Shown piece after piece: positions 14,286-29,300 of a stretch of DNA of 64,000 nt; the stretch's first letter is position 1; each line of letters begins with the position of its first letter. A program made the position numbers and the translations under genes. Origin of the DNA: Octopus vulgaris (taxonomy: Eukaryota); assembly GCA_951406725.2 (NCBI GenBank), contig OX597842.1:19716001-19780000 (forward strand), written 5' to 3'. Under the pieces are notes generated by a model, which was given only the letters and a program-made list of their open reading frames with translations, was not told the origin of the DNA and made no database searches.

Positions 14286-16488
14286 CTAATGAATGAGTCT
14301 GTGAGTGGTCAAGTGATCTATTTCAGAGAATGATTCACCACAGATATCACAATGATAAGGCTTTTCACCTGTATGAGTAGGTTTGTGATTAGTTAATTTA
14401 GCTTTTACAGAGAATGATTCACCACAGGTGTCACAGAATGAACACCTGTCTACTTAAATGTCCCTTTTGAATGTGATTTCTGCAGATATCACAGTGATAT
14501 GGCTTTTCACCTGTAAGTACGTTTGTGAATAATTTAGCTTTTACAGAGAATTTCACCACAGTGTCTGATGTGATTTCTTCCTGAATGAACACCTTTGTCC
14601 TTAAATGTCCCTTTTGAATGAATGATTTACTGCAGATATCACAGTGATATGGCTTTTCACCTGTATGAGTACGTTTGTGATTAGTTAATTTAGCTTTTAC
14701 AGAGAATGATTCACCACAGGTGTCACAATGATGTGACTTCACCCCTGAATGAATACCTTTGTGTCTACTTAATTGTCCCTTTTGAATGAATGATTTACTG
14801 CAGATATCACAGTGATATGGTTTCTCACCTGTATGAAGACAACCTTTAGAGTGAATGATTTCCCACAGATATCACAGTGGTAAGGTTTCTCACCTGTATG
14901 GATAAACCTGTGAGTGGATAAGTCACCACTTTGAGAGAATGATTTATCACAGATATCACATTGATATGGTTTCTCACCTGTATGAGTACGTTTGTGTACA
15001 GTTACAGCACTTCTGTGAGTGAATGATTTACCACAGATATCACAGGAATATGGCTTTTCTCCTGTATGAGTAAATTTGTGAGTAGCTAAGTCACTATTTC
15101 GAGAGAAGGATTTACCACAGATATCACACTGGTAAGGTTTCTCCCCTGTATGAGTAAGTCTGTGCTTACTTAAATTACATTGCAAGGAGAATGATTTACC
15201 ACAGATATCACACTGATGGGGTTTCTCGCCAGTGTGAGTATGTTTGTGTTTAGCTAAGTCACCATTTCGAGAGAATGATTTACCACAGATATCACACTGG
15301 TAAGGTTTGTCACCTGTATGAGTAAGTTTGTGCGTAACTAAGTAACCACATCGAGAGAATGATTTACTACAGATATCACAGTGATATGGTTTTTCTCCTG
15401 TATGAATACGTTTATGTATAGTTACAGTACTTCTTTGAGTGAATGATTTACCACAGATATCACACTGATAAGGTTTCTCCCCTGTATGAATAACTTTGTG
15501 TGTCACTAAGTTAACTCTCACAGAGAATGATTTACCACAGATATCACACTGATAAGGTTTCTCACCTGTATGAATAAGTTTGTGTGTAGTTAAGTTACCT
15601 TTCAAAGAAAATAATTTACCACAGATATCACACTGATAAGGTTTCTTGCCTGTATGAGTATGTCTGTGTTTAGCTAAGGCACCATTTCGAGAGAATGATT
15701 TACCGCAGATATCACACTGATATGGTTTCTCCCCAGTGTGAGTAAGTTTGTGTGTATCCAAGTTAAATTTCATGGAGAATGATTTACCACAGATATCACA
15801 GTGATATGGTTTCTCTCCTGTATGAATACGTCTGTGACATGTTAAACCACTACAATTAGAAAATGATTTACCACAGATATCACAATGATATGGTTTATCG
15901 CCTGTATGAATACGTTTATGTACAGTTACAGCACTTCTTCGAGCGAATGATTTATCACAAATATCACACTGATAAGGTTTCTCACCTGTATGAGTAAGTT
16001 TGTGTTTAGCTAAGTTAACTTCATGGAGAATGATTTACCACAGATATCACAATGATATGGTTTCTCTCCTGTGTGAACTGTCTAGTCATTTGGAGAATGA
16101 TTTACCACAGATATCACAGTGATATGGTTTCTCACCTGTATGAATATGTTTATGTACAGTTACAGCACTTCTGCGAATTAATGATTTACTGCAGATATCA
16201 CAATGATATGGTTTCTCTCGTGTATGAGTAAGTTTGTGTTTAGTTATGTGACAGTTTTGAGAGAATGATTTACCACAGATATCATACTGATATAGTTTTT
16301 GCTCTGTGTGAATATTTCTGTTAATAGTTAGATTAAGTTTATTTTTAATATGATTTACCACAGATATCACAATGATGTGGCTTCTCTCCTGTATGAGTAA
16401 ATTTGTGAGTAGCTAAGTTAACTTTCACAGAGAATGATTTACCACAGATATCACAGTCATATACAGATTTTCCTCTTTCTTTTGGCAT
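14286..16488 (-). pseudogene. Disrupted C2H2 zinc-finger paralog (roughly 25 finger units)
   Basis: Same start and end as 11538-12224; stop/frameshifts near 16345, 16086 and 16015, and many small deletions in 14430-14850. Confidence 0.75.
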
Positions 16489-17011
16489 CTCTGCAGCTAA
16501 AACTAACAAAACTCCAAGATTCTCACACAATTCCTCTTTCTGTAATTTTTTTCTTCAACAAAATGGTCTGGAAATGTCCTTTCTTCTTGTTTCTATATTT
16601 TATTCCTAACAAATGTTACAACTGCCATATTTTTATCAAATATAAGCTTTGCTGATATCTTCAGATGTTGCAAATGTCTTTGTAAATTTATCCAAGTTTA
16701 TTCAGAATCCAAATTTAGGTTTTACCCATTTCAGAGTGAATCCAAGAAATGTCACCAATAATGTCACTCATAGGAAATATTTTACTGAAATTCACAGTTA
16801 ATTTACATAAACAGGGTTCTTATATCCAGTTCTGTGTGACATCATCTTCAAAATATGATAAACATTGATGACGCTTCTGCAGTAAAATTCCTCTGATACC
16901 AATGTCCTCTGATATTCTGAAATAAGAGAGAAACAACAGTTTAAGACAGAGTGTAGCTTTGGTTATGACAAAGGCTTGGGGTTCATTTATATACAACATT
17001 TATTGCCACTG

Positions 17012-17564
17012 TTGTATTTAGGAATGGTCATTTTGCCAGTTTAGCCAATAAAAACACACGCACTATATTTGGTGTTATTTGCTTCAGTGTTATTTATTTT
17101 TTACATTAATCCTTAATCTTATTTCGTGTTACAATCCTGTGACCTTCATTTTATTATTATTATTATACATTAATAATAATAATAATAAGTAGGTGTAAAC
17201 ACATGAACAAAATAAAAATAAACAAAAACAAATTACACGAACGTATATAAACAGGAGATACAAATATTACAGGTATTTCTCCACCCACTTAAACATCACA
17301 TAGAGATATACGCATGTGCAAATGAAGACACATACAATAGCAAAATACAAAATGGTTGATTGTTAGTAAGGAGAGACACACAAATAAGAAAGAAGAAAGC
17401 AAAGGACCACTGATGCGGTCACAGGAGTGTGATGAAAGAACTCTGGCCGAAATAAGATTAGGATTAATGTAAAAAATAAATAACGTTGAAGCAAAGTAAC
17501 ACCAAATATATAGTGCGTGTGTTTTTATTGGCTAAACTGGCAAAATGACCATTCCGAAATACAA
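17012..17564. repeat. Inverted repeat with ~115-bp arms
   Basis: 17012-17127 is the reverse complement of 17448-17564; degenerate CTGATG...GGCCGAAAT motif before the right arm. Confidence 0.75.
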
Positions 17565-19589
17565 CAATGTCTGTTTCAACACACAATTTCACATCAAAAA
17601 TCTGGCAAAAGGCTTCAGAAAATACAGACTCAATCTTATATGAACATTGTATTTGAGAGAGTAGAAGGCCTTCAACAGATAACATTGTGTAACAAGATTT
17701 TGGGCCTTGGGTAGCAATTGTTAATTCCTACATGCTTACCCCTAGAAAGTGGAGGCGCAATGGCCCAGTGGAGTCAACAGATGATCAAGCAGCTTTGTAT
17801 CGCCTTGAAAAGAGTCTAAAAACGGCCAGAGTTGGAAGAATCTCTCAATCATTTCGTAAGTACTGGACCAACAGGATTTATTTCTTTGTATAAGGTTTGT
17901 TTGTTCCTTCTCGAGCCACACCTGGCTCATAAGGGCCAGTTCCTCCCCCACCTGGTTTCCTTTGTTTATGAGGTTTCCCCACTGCTGGATGGGACGTCAG
18001 TCCGTTGAACCTGAGGTGAGTCCCTTCTCGAGCCATGCATAAGATGCAGGGTTCCCAGGAACCTATACGCAGGTAGTGAGAGAAAGAATAAGAGAAGTTG
18101 TGGCGAAAGAGTCAGCAGAAGTTCGCCATTACCTTCTGCCAGAGCCACGTGGAGTTTAGGTGTTTCGCTCATAAACACACACATCGGCCAGTCTGAGATT
18201 TGAACCCGCGATCCCTCAACTGCAAGTCTGCTGCTCTAACCACCAGGCCATGTGCCTCCACTTTTGTATAAGGTGTAAAGGTGTTTTTTCCCCAAAGTTT
18301 ACCCACAAGTTTTAATGATTTTAGCTTGTCCATCAATATATTAATTTTATCAAGCAGAACTTTCTGCCTGTCGAGATGAGCAGAAACAGCTAGATTGAAT
18401 TAATGAGAGGCACATCCAATCAATGTTATTGATTGGTTGAAATTGCCAAAAATTAACAAATTAAACGACAAATATCTTACAAACTATAGAATTTTCTCAA
18501 TAAAGCCAAGAGAAAAAGATGTTTTATAAACATATTCTACCAGTATACGAAGTTTAAAAGTGTTTAGTTACGTGGAAATTATTTTAAAAAACTGCCGGTC
18601 AAACCGAAAAGACCCAAATATCTTACAAACTATAGAATTTTCTCAATAAAGCCAAGAGAAAAAGATGTTTTATAAACACATTCTACCAGTATACGAAGTT
18701 TAAAAGTGTTTAGTTACATGGAAATTATTTTAAAAAACTGCTGGTCAAACGGAAAAGATCCAGACATGTATTCCCTTACGGCTGATGTAGTTTAACTCTC
18801 TTTTTTTTTCAAGGCTTGAGCACCAATTGAAGAATTCAAATTTGATGGCAAAGAATCCAAATTAAATTGAAAACGTCTGTGGCTGTGTGGTAAGTAGCTT
18901 GTTTACCAACATGGTTCCGGGTTCAGTCTCTTGGTTTTATTGAGAAAATTCTAGAGTTTGTAAGATATTTGTTGTTTTTTTCTTCAATTTCTGCAATTTC
19001 AACCAATCAATGACGTCTTTGAGGTGAAACCATTCTGTGCCGTATGAATATGTCCCTCGTTTAAGAAACAGATTGGGTTTATTTACATTTCTAAAGAAAA
19101 AAAGATGCCCTTCCCCCCAACCCTAACCCTAAATTAGATTGAAATGCAATAGATCGATACTAGGGGCATAATTATGGGTGACAATTTCATATTACGCCAC
19201 TAGAAAAACTGCCGTTCAAACCGAAAGATCCAACAGATTAAATAAGAACAACACACAGTACCTGTTTTTGGTAAACCCCCCCCCCCCATCATACACTTAA
19301 AACATCGTTTTACGTTCTCTAAAAACTTTCAACCGAATTTTTATGAACATTTGTTATAGGATAGGTAGTCGTTTTAGGATCGACTAGTCACGACTAGCTT
19401 GTGCGAGTGCGCGCACCGGGACCACTCTTCTTAAATAGTACCAACATCTTAGTTATTCCAATTTTTAAATTCGCATTTACATTGTGCGAGACCCTTCCGT
19501 GTATGGATTAAAACAATTATTTTCCTCCTTCAGTTTCTTTCCGATAATTTACTGAACACACAAAAAAAAAGTTCAAGTGAATAATACTC

Positions 19590-19793
19590 TCTCTTTACCC
19601 TTTTACTTGTTTCAGTCATTTGACTGCGGCCACGCAGGAGCACAGCCTTTAATCGAGCAACTCGACCCCGGGACTTATTGTTTTTGTAAGCCCAGTACTT
19701 ATTCTATCGGTCACTTATGCCGAACCGCTAAGTAACGGGGACATAAACACACCAGCAATTCTCAAGCAATGTTAGGGGGACAAACACACACGC

Positions 19794-19844
<51 letters not shown>

Positions 19845-20225
19845 TACGACGGGCTTCTTTTCAGTTTCTGTCTACCAAATCCACTGACAAGGCTATAGTA
19901 GAAGACACTTGCTCAAGGTGCCACGCAGTGGGACTGAACCCGAAACCATGTGGTTTGGTGGGGACAAACAGACACACAAACACATATATATACACCAGCA
20001 TCGGTTGTCAAGCAATGCTAGAGGGACAAACACAGTCACACACATATATATATACACATCTATACGACAGGCTTCTTTCAGTTTCCGTCTACCAAATCCA
20101 CTCACAAGGATTTGGTTGGCTCGAGGCTATAGTAGAAGACACTTGCCCAAGGTGCCACGCAGTGGGACTGAACCCGGAACCATGTGGTTGGTAAGCAAGC
20201 TACTTACCACACGGCCACTCCTGCG
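19590..20225 (-). mobile_element. tRNA-derived SINE (GGAGTGGCTGTGTGGTAAG head), partly duplicated
   Basis: Head with GGTTCAGTCCC B-box, internal (TA)n and AAAAGAGT-type tail; many copies, e.g. 1080-1285, 31765-32040, 37705-38103, 43990-44490, 46980-47545 and 56697-56890. Confidence 0.85.
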
Positions 20226-21214
20226 CAATACTGACACATTAATGATAAATCTAAAGAGAGATGCCCAGCCAAGGTAGACAATGACAGAATAAATATAACA
20301 CTTACGTATTATATAATAGACCCAGTGTAGAGGAGGAAGATATCACACTAAATCCAAGGTGGACAATGACAGTAAGCAGGTAACATAGAGATCCAGCAAG
20401 GAACAAGTCGCAGTACGTTCAAGCAAGTCAGAAATTAAACCGAGGTCGACCTTGCATTTCGTCCTTTCGGGGTCGATTAAATAAGTACCAGTTACGTACT
20501 GGTGTCGATATAATCGACTTAATCTGTCTGTCTGTCCTTGTTTGTCCCCTCTGTGTTTAGCCCCTGGTGGGTAGCAAAGAAATAGGTATATAGGATCCGG
20601 CAACGAAGTCGCAGAACGTTGAGGCAGTCAGAACTTTAGCCAAGGAAGCGAATGATGGCTTCGTAAGAAATTCTAGGTTTTACCATGAATGCTGATTTAT
20701 ATTTTTAAGATCAACGTAGTAAAGAATGCAGGAGATAAATTATTGATATTGTTAATTAGCAATCACGTCTATTAAATTAAATGTTGGCTAATTATCTGTT
20801 AAACGAACGAGACAAGTAATAATGTAGGCGAGGGTCCATCAACGGCAGGGAATGAAAAATATTGCGGGAAAACGTACAATGGGGAAGTAACTCTGCATTT
20901 AAAGAATTCTTTAATTCACACCTGGGGTTATTTCGAGTTCAGTTAAAATATCAGTTACACGTGGTAGTCCTGGGACTTTTTTTTTGGGGGGATGGGGGTA
21001 TTGCCCACAAGGGGCTAAATATAGAGGTTCGGATCTTTTCGGTTTGAACGGCAGTTTTTTTCTAGCGGTGTCATATGAAATTGTCACCCACAATTATGAG
21101 CCTAGTATCGATCTATTGCATTTCAATCTGTTTTAGGGTTAGGGTTGGGGGGAAAGGTATCTTATTTTCTTCAGAAATGTAAATAAACCGAATCTGTTTC
21201 TTAAACGAGGGACA

Positions 21215-21641
21215 TATGTATATATACAAATACATATATATATACATATACATATATATATATACATGTACATATATACACACACACACACACATATATA
21301 TATACACACATATATATATATATATACATATACACATATATATACATGTACATATATATACTCACATATATATATATACACACACACATATACATATATA
21401 TATATATACAAACATATATATATATACATATACACATATATATACATGTACATATATATACTCACATATATATATACACACACACATATACATATATATA
21501 TATATACAAACATATATATATATACATATACACATATATATACATGTACATATATATACATATATATATACACACACATATATATATATATATTTACATA
21601 TACACACACATATATATATATACATTATATATACATATATG

Positions 21642-21682
<41 letters not shown>

Positions 21683-21820
21683 GTACATATATGTATACAT
21701 ATACTTACATATATATGTATACATATATATATACATACATATATATATATATATGTATACACATATATATACATACATATATATGTATACATGTATATAT
21801 ATACATATATATATATATCA
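21215..21820. repeat. Complex (TA)n/(CA)n microsatellite
   Basis: Continuous tata/caca/tacatg run; a second block lies at 22169-22416. Confidence 0.95.
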
Positions 21821-21831
21821 TCATTCATCAT

Positions 21832-22168
21832 TGTTCGACCGTGGTCGAGACAATGGAATTTCCCATGCTACGCCAGTCTTCACGGTCCATCATAGCATTA
21901 CGGAGGTCCTGTTGCTGGATGCCTGTATCCCTGGAGATTACATCAGGGTAGGAGAGTGTGCGCCCTCTGGTGTTGCGAGCAGATGGCTTCCAGAGGAGAA
22001 GAGTAGAATTTACTTCTTTTTCAGCTCTACAACAATGTCCAGCAAACTGGACTCTTCTACCTTTCACAAGAGATGACACAGGTGGTAGTTTCCCATATAT
22101 TTGCATTTTGGTTGGATGGCGCCTCCACGAGAGATTTTGAGCTCTCATAAGGAGGCGAGTGTAGGTTC
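21832..22168 (-). mobile_element. RTE/RTEX-like LINE 3' fragment
   Basis: [20 protein letters not shown]...[13 protein letters not shown]; longer copy on + at ~29640-30230. Confidence 0.8.
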
Positions 22169-22187
22169 CATATATATATATATATAT

Positions 22188-22218
<31 letters not shown>

Positions 22219-22269
22219 CATACATATATATATATATATACATACATATATATGTATACATGTATATAT

Positions 22270-22314
<45 letters not shown>

Positions 22315-22383
22315 CATATATATGTATACATGTATATATATACATATACATATATATATATACATATACATGTATATATATAC

Positions 22384-22414
<31 letters not shown>

Positions 22415-22417
<3 letters not shown>

Positions 22418-22625
22418 GCCGTTTGCCAGCGTCGTGTGGCACGTAAAAAGCACCCACTACACTCATGGAGTGGTTGGCGTTAGGAAGGGCATCCAGCCGT
22501 AGAAGCATTGACAAATCAGACTGGGCCTGGTGCAGCCTTCTGGCTTCCCAGACCCCGGTTGAACCATCCAACCCATGCTAGCATGGAAAGCGGACGCTAA
22601 ATGATGATGATGATGATGATGATGA
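22415..22625 (-). mobile_element. Non-autonomous retroelement with (CAT)n end and GGATGCCCTTCC core
   Basis: Family also at 25795-26090, 28930-29305, 39590-39825, 42070-42325 and 45985-46545. Confidence 0.7.
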
Positions 22626-22685
22626 TATATATATATATGTAATAAATGTATATCTGAACCACACTGTTCCAACATGGCCTGGCAG

Positions 22686-22958
22686 GGCACCTTGGGCAAG
22701 TGTCTTCTACTATAGCCTCTGGACGACCAAAGCCTTGTGAGTGGATTTGGTAGACGGAAACTGAAAGAAGCCCATCGTATGTATATATATATATAGGTGT
22801 AGGAGCGGCTGTGTGGTAAGTAGCTTGGTTACCAACCACATGGTTCCGGGTTCAGTCCCACTGCGTGGCACCTTGCACAAATATCTTCTACTATAGCCTC
22901 GGGCCGACCAAAGCCTTGTGAGTGGATTTGGTAGACGGAAACTGAAAGAAGCCCATCG

Positions 22959-22996
<38 letters not shown>

Positions 22997-23560
22997 TGTA
23001 GGAGCGGCTGTGTGGTAAGTAGCTTGGTTACCAAACACATGGTTCTGGGTTCAGTCCCACTGCATGTCACCTTGGGCAAGTGTCTTCTACTATAGCCTCG
23101 GAACGACCAAAGCCTTGTGAGTGGATTTGGTAGACGGAAACTGAAAGAAGCCCATCGTATGTATATATATATATATAGGTGTAGGAGCGGCTGTGTGGTA
23201 AGTAGCTTGGTTACCAACCACATGGATCCGGGTTCAGTCCCACTGCATAGCACCTTGGGCAAGTGTCTTATACTATAGCCTTGGGACGCCCAAAGCCTTG
23301 TGAGTGGATTTGGTAGACGGAAACTGAAAGAAGCCTGTTGTATATATGTATATATATATATGTGCGTGTGTGTTTGTCCCCCTAGCATTGCTTGACAACC
23401 GATGCTGGTGTGTTTATGTCTCCGTGACTTAGCGGTTCGGTAAAAGGGGATCCAATAGAATAAGTACTGGGCTTACAAAGAATAAGTCCCAGGGTCGAGT
23501 TGCTCGATTAAAGGCAGTGCTCCAGCATGGCCGCAGTCAAATGACTGAAACAAGTAAAAA
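22686..23560 (+). repeat. Tandem array of SINE heads (~180 bp x 4) plus SINE tail
   Basis: Repeated GGTGTAGGAGCGGCTGTGTGG...GAAGCCCATCG units separated by (TA)n. Confidence 0.85.
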
Positions 23561-23599
23561 GAGAAAAGAGATTGGACCTAGTCACAGTGATTTCCAGGA

Positions 23600-23960
23600 G
23601 ACAAAACCATTTGACCTTCTTTTATTTTTCCCTCCTAGTTTGTTGGAAGCAATTACTGTGCAAAACCATTGCTACACAGAATATAAGCAATGTGGTAGAA
23701 AGGACCATTTCTGGCCACCCACATGCTTAGATGAAATCCAAGCATTTTCTGCTATAAATATAATAATGAGAATAAGCAAGTTACCCAGAATAGCAAACGA
23801 TTGGAGTAGCAAAGAAGCTTTTGGAGACCTGCATGTTTCCAGTATCAAGATAGAGACAGGATTTTAAAAACTGTCACAATACCTACACTGAAGACACTAG
23901 TAGTGGGCCAGTGGGTGGAGAACCAAACTGGTCCCTTATTTAAAATAAGACCTTCATCAT
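23600..23960 (+). mobile_element. piggyBac (PGBD-like) transposase relic
   Basis: PFDLLLFFPPSLLEAI...DEIQAFSAINIIMRISKLPRIANDWS resembles the PGBD N-terminal core. Confidence 0.7.
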
Positions 23961-26120
23961 AATGCTTATAAATGAGTCTCTAACCATAAGATACTTTTAT
24001 CTAGTTTCACTTTCATTTTCAAAGAGTACTCATTTGTTTTTGTTTATATGTTAATATAATAGTTTTAGCCATTATTTTCTATACTTTTTATGTGTTCTTA
24101 AGCAATACTATTACCAAAAACCATATTCTGATATTCCCTCATAAATGCCTATCCATCTATGAGGGTAGGGTGAGTACAAAGGCAGAGTATGTTTCCCACA
24201 GTACATGCTTGGCAAAATAGCAAATGGGGGATCAAAGTTTGCAACATCTGTGAAGTCAATGCTGTATACTGCTGTGGGTTCAATTTCTAAACAGGGAAAA
24301 GGGGACACTACTGTAAGCTAAATAGCCCTTAAAACATTGCACCAATTTTGTTTCTTTTCTTGCATAATCACAATCGTACGATTATGCAAAAAAAAATATT
24401 CCTAAATATATAGAAGTTACGAGAAGTTATATGCTGAGCTTAAAGCAAACTTTTGCCATATTTTCTCTGCAAAACTACTTAAAAATGTCTTCCAATGGCT
24501 TTATGATAAAATATTAACCCACTGGTGGGGTAGTTCTGTATTTTTTCATGATTAATGCAGTGGGGTATGGAGAACCCCATTAATAGTTTTAGCCATTTTT
24601 TTTAGTACTTTTTATGACTTTAGATGTGTTCCTAAGCAATAATATTACCAAAAACTGTATTCTAGAAGCAATGTTATAAATCCTAATTCATTCCCAGAAA
24701 AATATTTTACCTCTAAAATTTATAAAACTTGTAAATAAATGACATCACAGTGTCTCTTAGGAGATAGTGTTAGTTGAAGGCTGCAAAACCTGCCACACAC
24801 ACAGACAACTTCAGCTTTATATATATAGATATATCGTGCAATGCCACTCCCTGTAAGAAGCATTTGTGCCAGTTCATGTAAAAAGCACACATGCTGATCC
24901 ATGTGGTTATTCAACTTACTCCTTCCCCTGAAATTGCTGGCCTTGTGCCAAAATACTGTCAGATACAATAATGCCTTGATATATGAGTTAATTTCTTCCT
25001 GGAGATTACTCCTAAAGTGAAAACTCATAAAGCAAAGCAATAATTTCCCATAGAAGCAATGTTATAAATTGTAATTCATTCCCAGAAAAATATTTTACCA
25101 ATAAAATTTATAATACTTGTAAATAAATGACAATAAAACAACCGTAGAATGTAAAGAATATTTTATGTAAAGTCAAAAACAATGTCAAGATCATTTAGAA
25201 TAGACAAAAAATATATAATTGTTTTCTGAATCACTCTGAAAAGACTCAGGGACACCATCATTTGTAGACGTGACCACTGATTCACAAGCAAAGAAACTTG
25301 CAAAGTTCTCTGCAAAACTATTTAAAAATGTCTTCCAATGGCTTTATGATGAACCATCTTAACCCACTGGTGGGGTAGTTCTGTATTTTTTATCATTGGT
25401 GTGGTTGGGGTATGGAGAACCCCATTAATAGTTTTAGCTTGTTTTTTAGTATTTTCTATGACTTTAGATGTGTTCCTAAGCAATAATATTACCAAAAACC
25501 ATATTCTGATATAATGTGTTTAACATGTAAACAAAAACAAGCGAGTACTCTTTGAAAATGAAAGTGAAACTAGATAAAAGTATCTTACGGAGGGAGAGTG
25601 GTCCTTTCATATTCACTGTTTACTCATTGTTTGCACTCTCATCCTCATCACTCTGAGCAAAGCAGTCGATGCAGATGTGCATCGCATGTTGCAAGCAGAT
25701 TGGCTTGGAGAACTTTTGGAAGCAATTTCTTGTTTTGTGATCTTTTGACCTGGGGCATAATGACCATCTTTGTATGAAATCTTCATGATAACATCATCAT
25801 CATCATCGTTTAACGTCCGCTTTCCATGCTAGCATGGGTTGGACGGTGCAACTGGGGTCTGGGAAGCCAGAAGGCTGCGCCAGGCCCAGTCTGATGTGGC
25901 AGTGTTTCTACGGCTGGATGCCCTTCCTAACGCCAACCACTCCATGAGTGCAGTGGGTGCTTTTTACCTGTCACCGGCACAGGTGCCAGGGGAGGCTGGC
26001 AAACAGCCATGATCGGATGGTGCTTTTTACGTGCCACCGGCACAGAGACCAGATGAAGCTGGCAACGGCCATGATTGGTGGGTGCTTTTTACATCCCATC
26101 TTGGAGGTAATTCTTTAGAT

Positions 26121-26321
26121 CAGTGCTTTTCAAACTTTTTGCTGGAGCGGAACCCCAAGGAAACATTCCACTGTCTCGAGGAACCCCTGTGCAATAATTT
26201 AATAGTCTTATGCACACATATCTGCACAGGAGAGTTAAAAATTACTGCTGATTTTAGCAGTTTTGTAACTTCTTGCGGAACCCCTAGACTGTACTGGCGG
26301 AACACTGGTTGAAAACCACTG
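26121..26321. mobile_element. hAT-Charlie-type MITE
   Basis: CAGTG...CACTG ends with a perfect 8-bp TSD ctttagat. Confidence 0.9.
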
Positions 26322-26329
26322 CTTTAGAT

Positions 26330-29300
26330 GCTGAGAAATGTCGAATCTTCCTTTTCGTGTCTTTCCTCAAATATGGATGGGTTTTGTCTTGCAATGATGA
26401 ATTTGGTCCTCCACCAACTTCAGTCCCAATTCTCTCAGAATCTTTCAGACCCTGATAGCTGTTTGAGGGTTTGCCATGAACATATTGTATACATTTATTC
26501 CTGCAACATTGAGTATGGTGAAGAAAACTGTAACTGGCCAACATCGAGTATTTCTGGAAACATTGTACATGGAACACAATTGATCCACCATGGGGCCTAC
26601 CCCTCCTTTAGTACTGTTGTAGAAGGTTCTAATCTCTGGTTTTCTTTTTTCTTTCGTACTTACATCAATTGCAGCATCATGATGCATTGTACTCCATAGG
26701 ACGACATTTTTACCTTTCGTGGGAACACATGGGGTCAATGTAACATCCTTCTGGAAACCAAACAAGCTTGTATATTCAGTTCTGCCTCTTGTGGCAACAA
26801 ACTGAGGGGGAAGTTCTATCTTGTTCTTTCTGAAAGGGTCAACAAATGTTAATCTATAATTCTTCAAGAGATTAACTCTAAATCCATAACTTGTAAACCA
26901 ATTATCCATGAAAATATTTCTTCCAGACCCTTTTATATGAGACCCCAACCATTTTACCACTGCTGCTGTTGCTGTTGAGTGTAGTGATCTTCATCCTAGT
27001 GGGAGAAGTCCGAAACGTGGTCCTTTGCTATTTGTAAGACCCGCAGGAGAGAAAGCAGGTCAACCCCTGACACCGAGAGCATCGACGGATGGATGAATGC
27101 GCATCCAGGCTCAGTGGTTGCGTAGGAAGTCGAGGACAAGAAAGAGGAAGAAAGAGTGAGAGAAAGTTGGGGCGAAAGAGTACAACAGGGGTCGCCACTA
27201 CCCCTTGCTGGAGCCTCATGGAGCTTTAGGTGTTTTTCGCTCAATAAACACATACAACGCCTGGTCTGGAAATCAAAACCGCGATCCTCTGACCACGAGT
27301 CCGCTGCCCTAACCATTGGACCATTGCGCCTCCACTAGCACTGCTGCTCCTGAATTACCTATAGAAGGGCCTTCTGCTTGTTTCCCCAAGTAGACCTCCA
27401 TATATGATGCATAGAAAGTTTTAGCATCGGCCAAAAGAAAAAATTTTTATGCCATATTTTGCTGGTTTAAAATGGATAGTTCTCTGTAAAGGCAGCCAAC
27501 ATTTCATCTACTGTCGCATACACTGAGACATTATAATTCAAGATACACTTAGCCATAAATTTCTCAAAGGACTTTCTAAAAGGTGCAATCTTATCCTCTC
27601 GCCTCCTTTCAGCTCAGGTATGGATGTCATCGAACCTCAGAGACCTCAGCAGAAATGAAACTTCTGCAAATATATAGTTGCTGGAAAAATTTTAATTCCT
27701 GTACCGTCCATTGCCCAAACATCTTCCATATTCGTTCGGTTGCCTGTAAAACTCCCAACAGATAAAGAAGTCCTATTGTAGCTTTCATCTATTACTCTTT
27801 TACTTGTTTCAGTCATTTGACTGCGGCCATGCTGGAGCACCGCCTTTTAGTCGAGCAAATCGACCCCAAGACTTATTCTTTGTAAGCCACGTACTTATTC
27901 TATCGGTCTCTTTTGCCGAACCGCTAAGTTACGAGGATGTAATCACACCAGCATCGGTTGTCAAGCGATGTTGGGGGCACAAACACAGACACACAAACAC
28001 ACACGTTTATATACATATATACGACGGGCTTCTTTCAGTTTCCGTCTATCAAATCCACTCACAAGGATTTGGTTGGCCCGAGGCTATAGTAGAAGACACT
28101 TGCCCAAGATGCCACGCAGTGGGACTGAACCCGGAACTATGTGGTTGGTAAGCAAGCTACTTACCACACAGCCACTCCTATGCCTACATATATACGACGG
28201 GCTTCTTTCAGTTTACGTCTATCAAATCCACTCACAAGGCTTTGGTTGGCCCGAGGCTATAGTAGAAGACACTTGCCCGAGATGCTACGCAGTGGGACTG
28301 AACCCAGAACTATGTGGTTGGTAAGCAAGCTACTTACCACACAGCCACTCCTACACCTACATATATACAACGGGCTTCTTTCAGTTTCCGTCTATCAAAT
28401 CCACTCACAAGGATTTGGTTGGCCCGAGGCTATAGTAGAAGACACTTGCCCAAGATGCCACGCAGTGGGACTGAACCCGGAACCATGTGGTTGGTAAGCA
28501 AGCTACTTACCACACAGCCATTCCTACGCCTACATATATACGACGGGCTTCTTTCAGTTTCCGTCTACCAAATCCACTCTCAAGGCTTTGGTTGGCCTGA
28601 GGCTATAGTAGAAGACACTTGCCAAAGATGCCACACAGTGGGACTGAACCCGGAACCATGTGGTTGGTAAGCAAGCTACTTACCACACAGCCACTCCTAC
28701 GCCTAAGTGTCTCTTTTTACCTATCTTCATATTTTCGTTGTTTATTGTGAATGTAGATATTACTGCAAGCTTCGAATTCATTCAGAAGTTCTTGTCTGAG
28801 AAACAAAGACCTTTACAGCAGACACAGGTTTTGCTGCTCCTCTTGGGTCCTGGGGAATCCTGGTAATTGTTCTGTGCACGTGTATGCCATGGAAGGCATG
28901 GGGGAATTCCTTTCCAGAAAGTTCCATTATCATCATCATCATCGTTTAACGTCTGTTTTCCATGCTAGCATGGGTTGGACGGTTCAACTGGGGTCTGGGA
29001 AGCCAGGAGGCTGCACCAGGCTCCAGTCTGATCTGGCAGTGTTTCTACAGCTGGATGCCCTTCCTAATGCCAACCACTCCGTGAGTGTAGTAGGTGCTTT
29101 TAATGTGTCACCGGCACAGAAGCCAGTCAAGGCAGCGCTAGCAAAGGCCACGATCGGATGGTGCTTTTTACATGCCACCGCCACGGAGGCCAGCCAGGGC
29201 GGCGCTGGCTACGGCCACGTTCGGATGGTTCCCTTACATGCCACCGGCACTGGTATCACAGCTACAAATTCCATTGATGTTAATTGATTGCGATTTTGAT

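Noticed and set aside
21113-22502. Long Y/I/H/T-rich ORFs
   Set aside because: Translations of TA/CA microsatellite that lack stop codons
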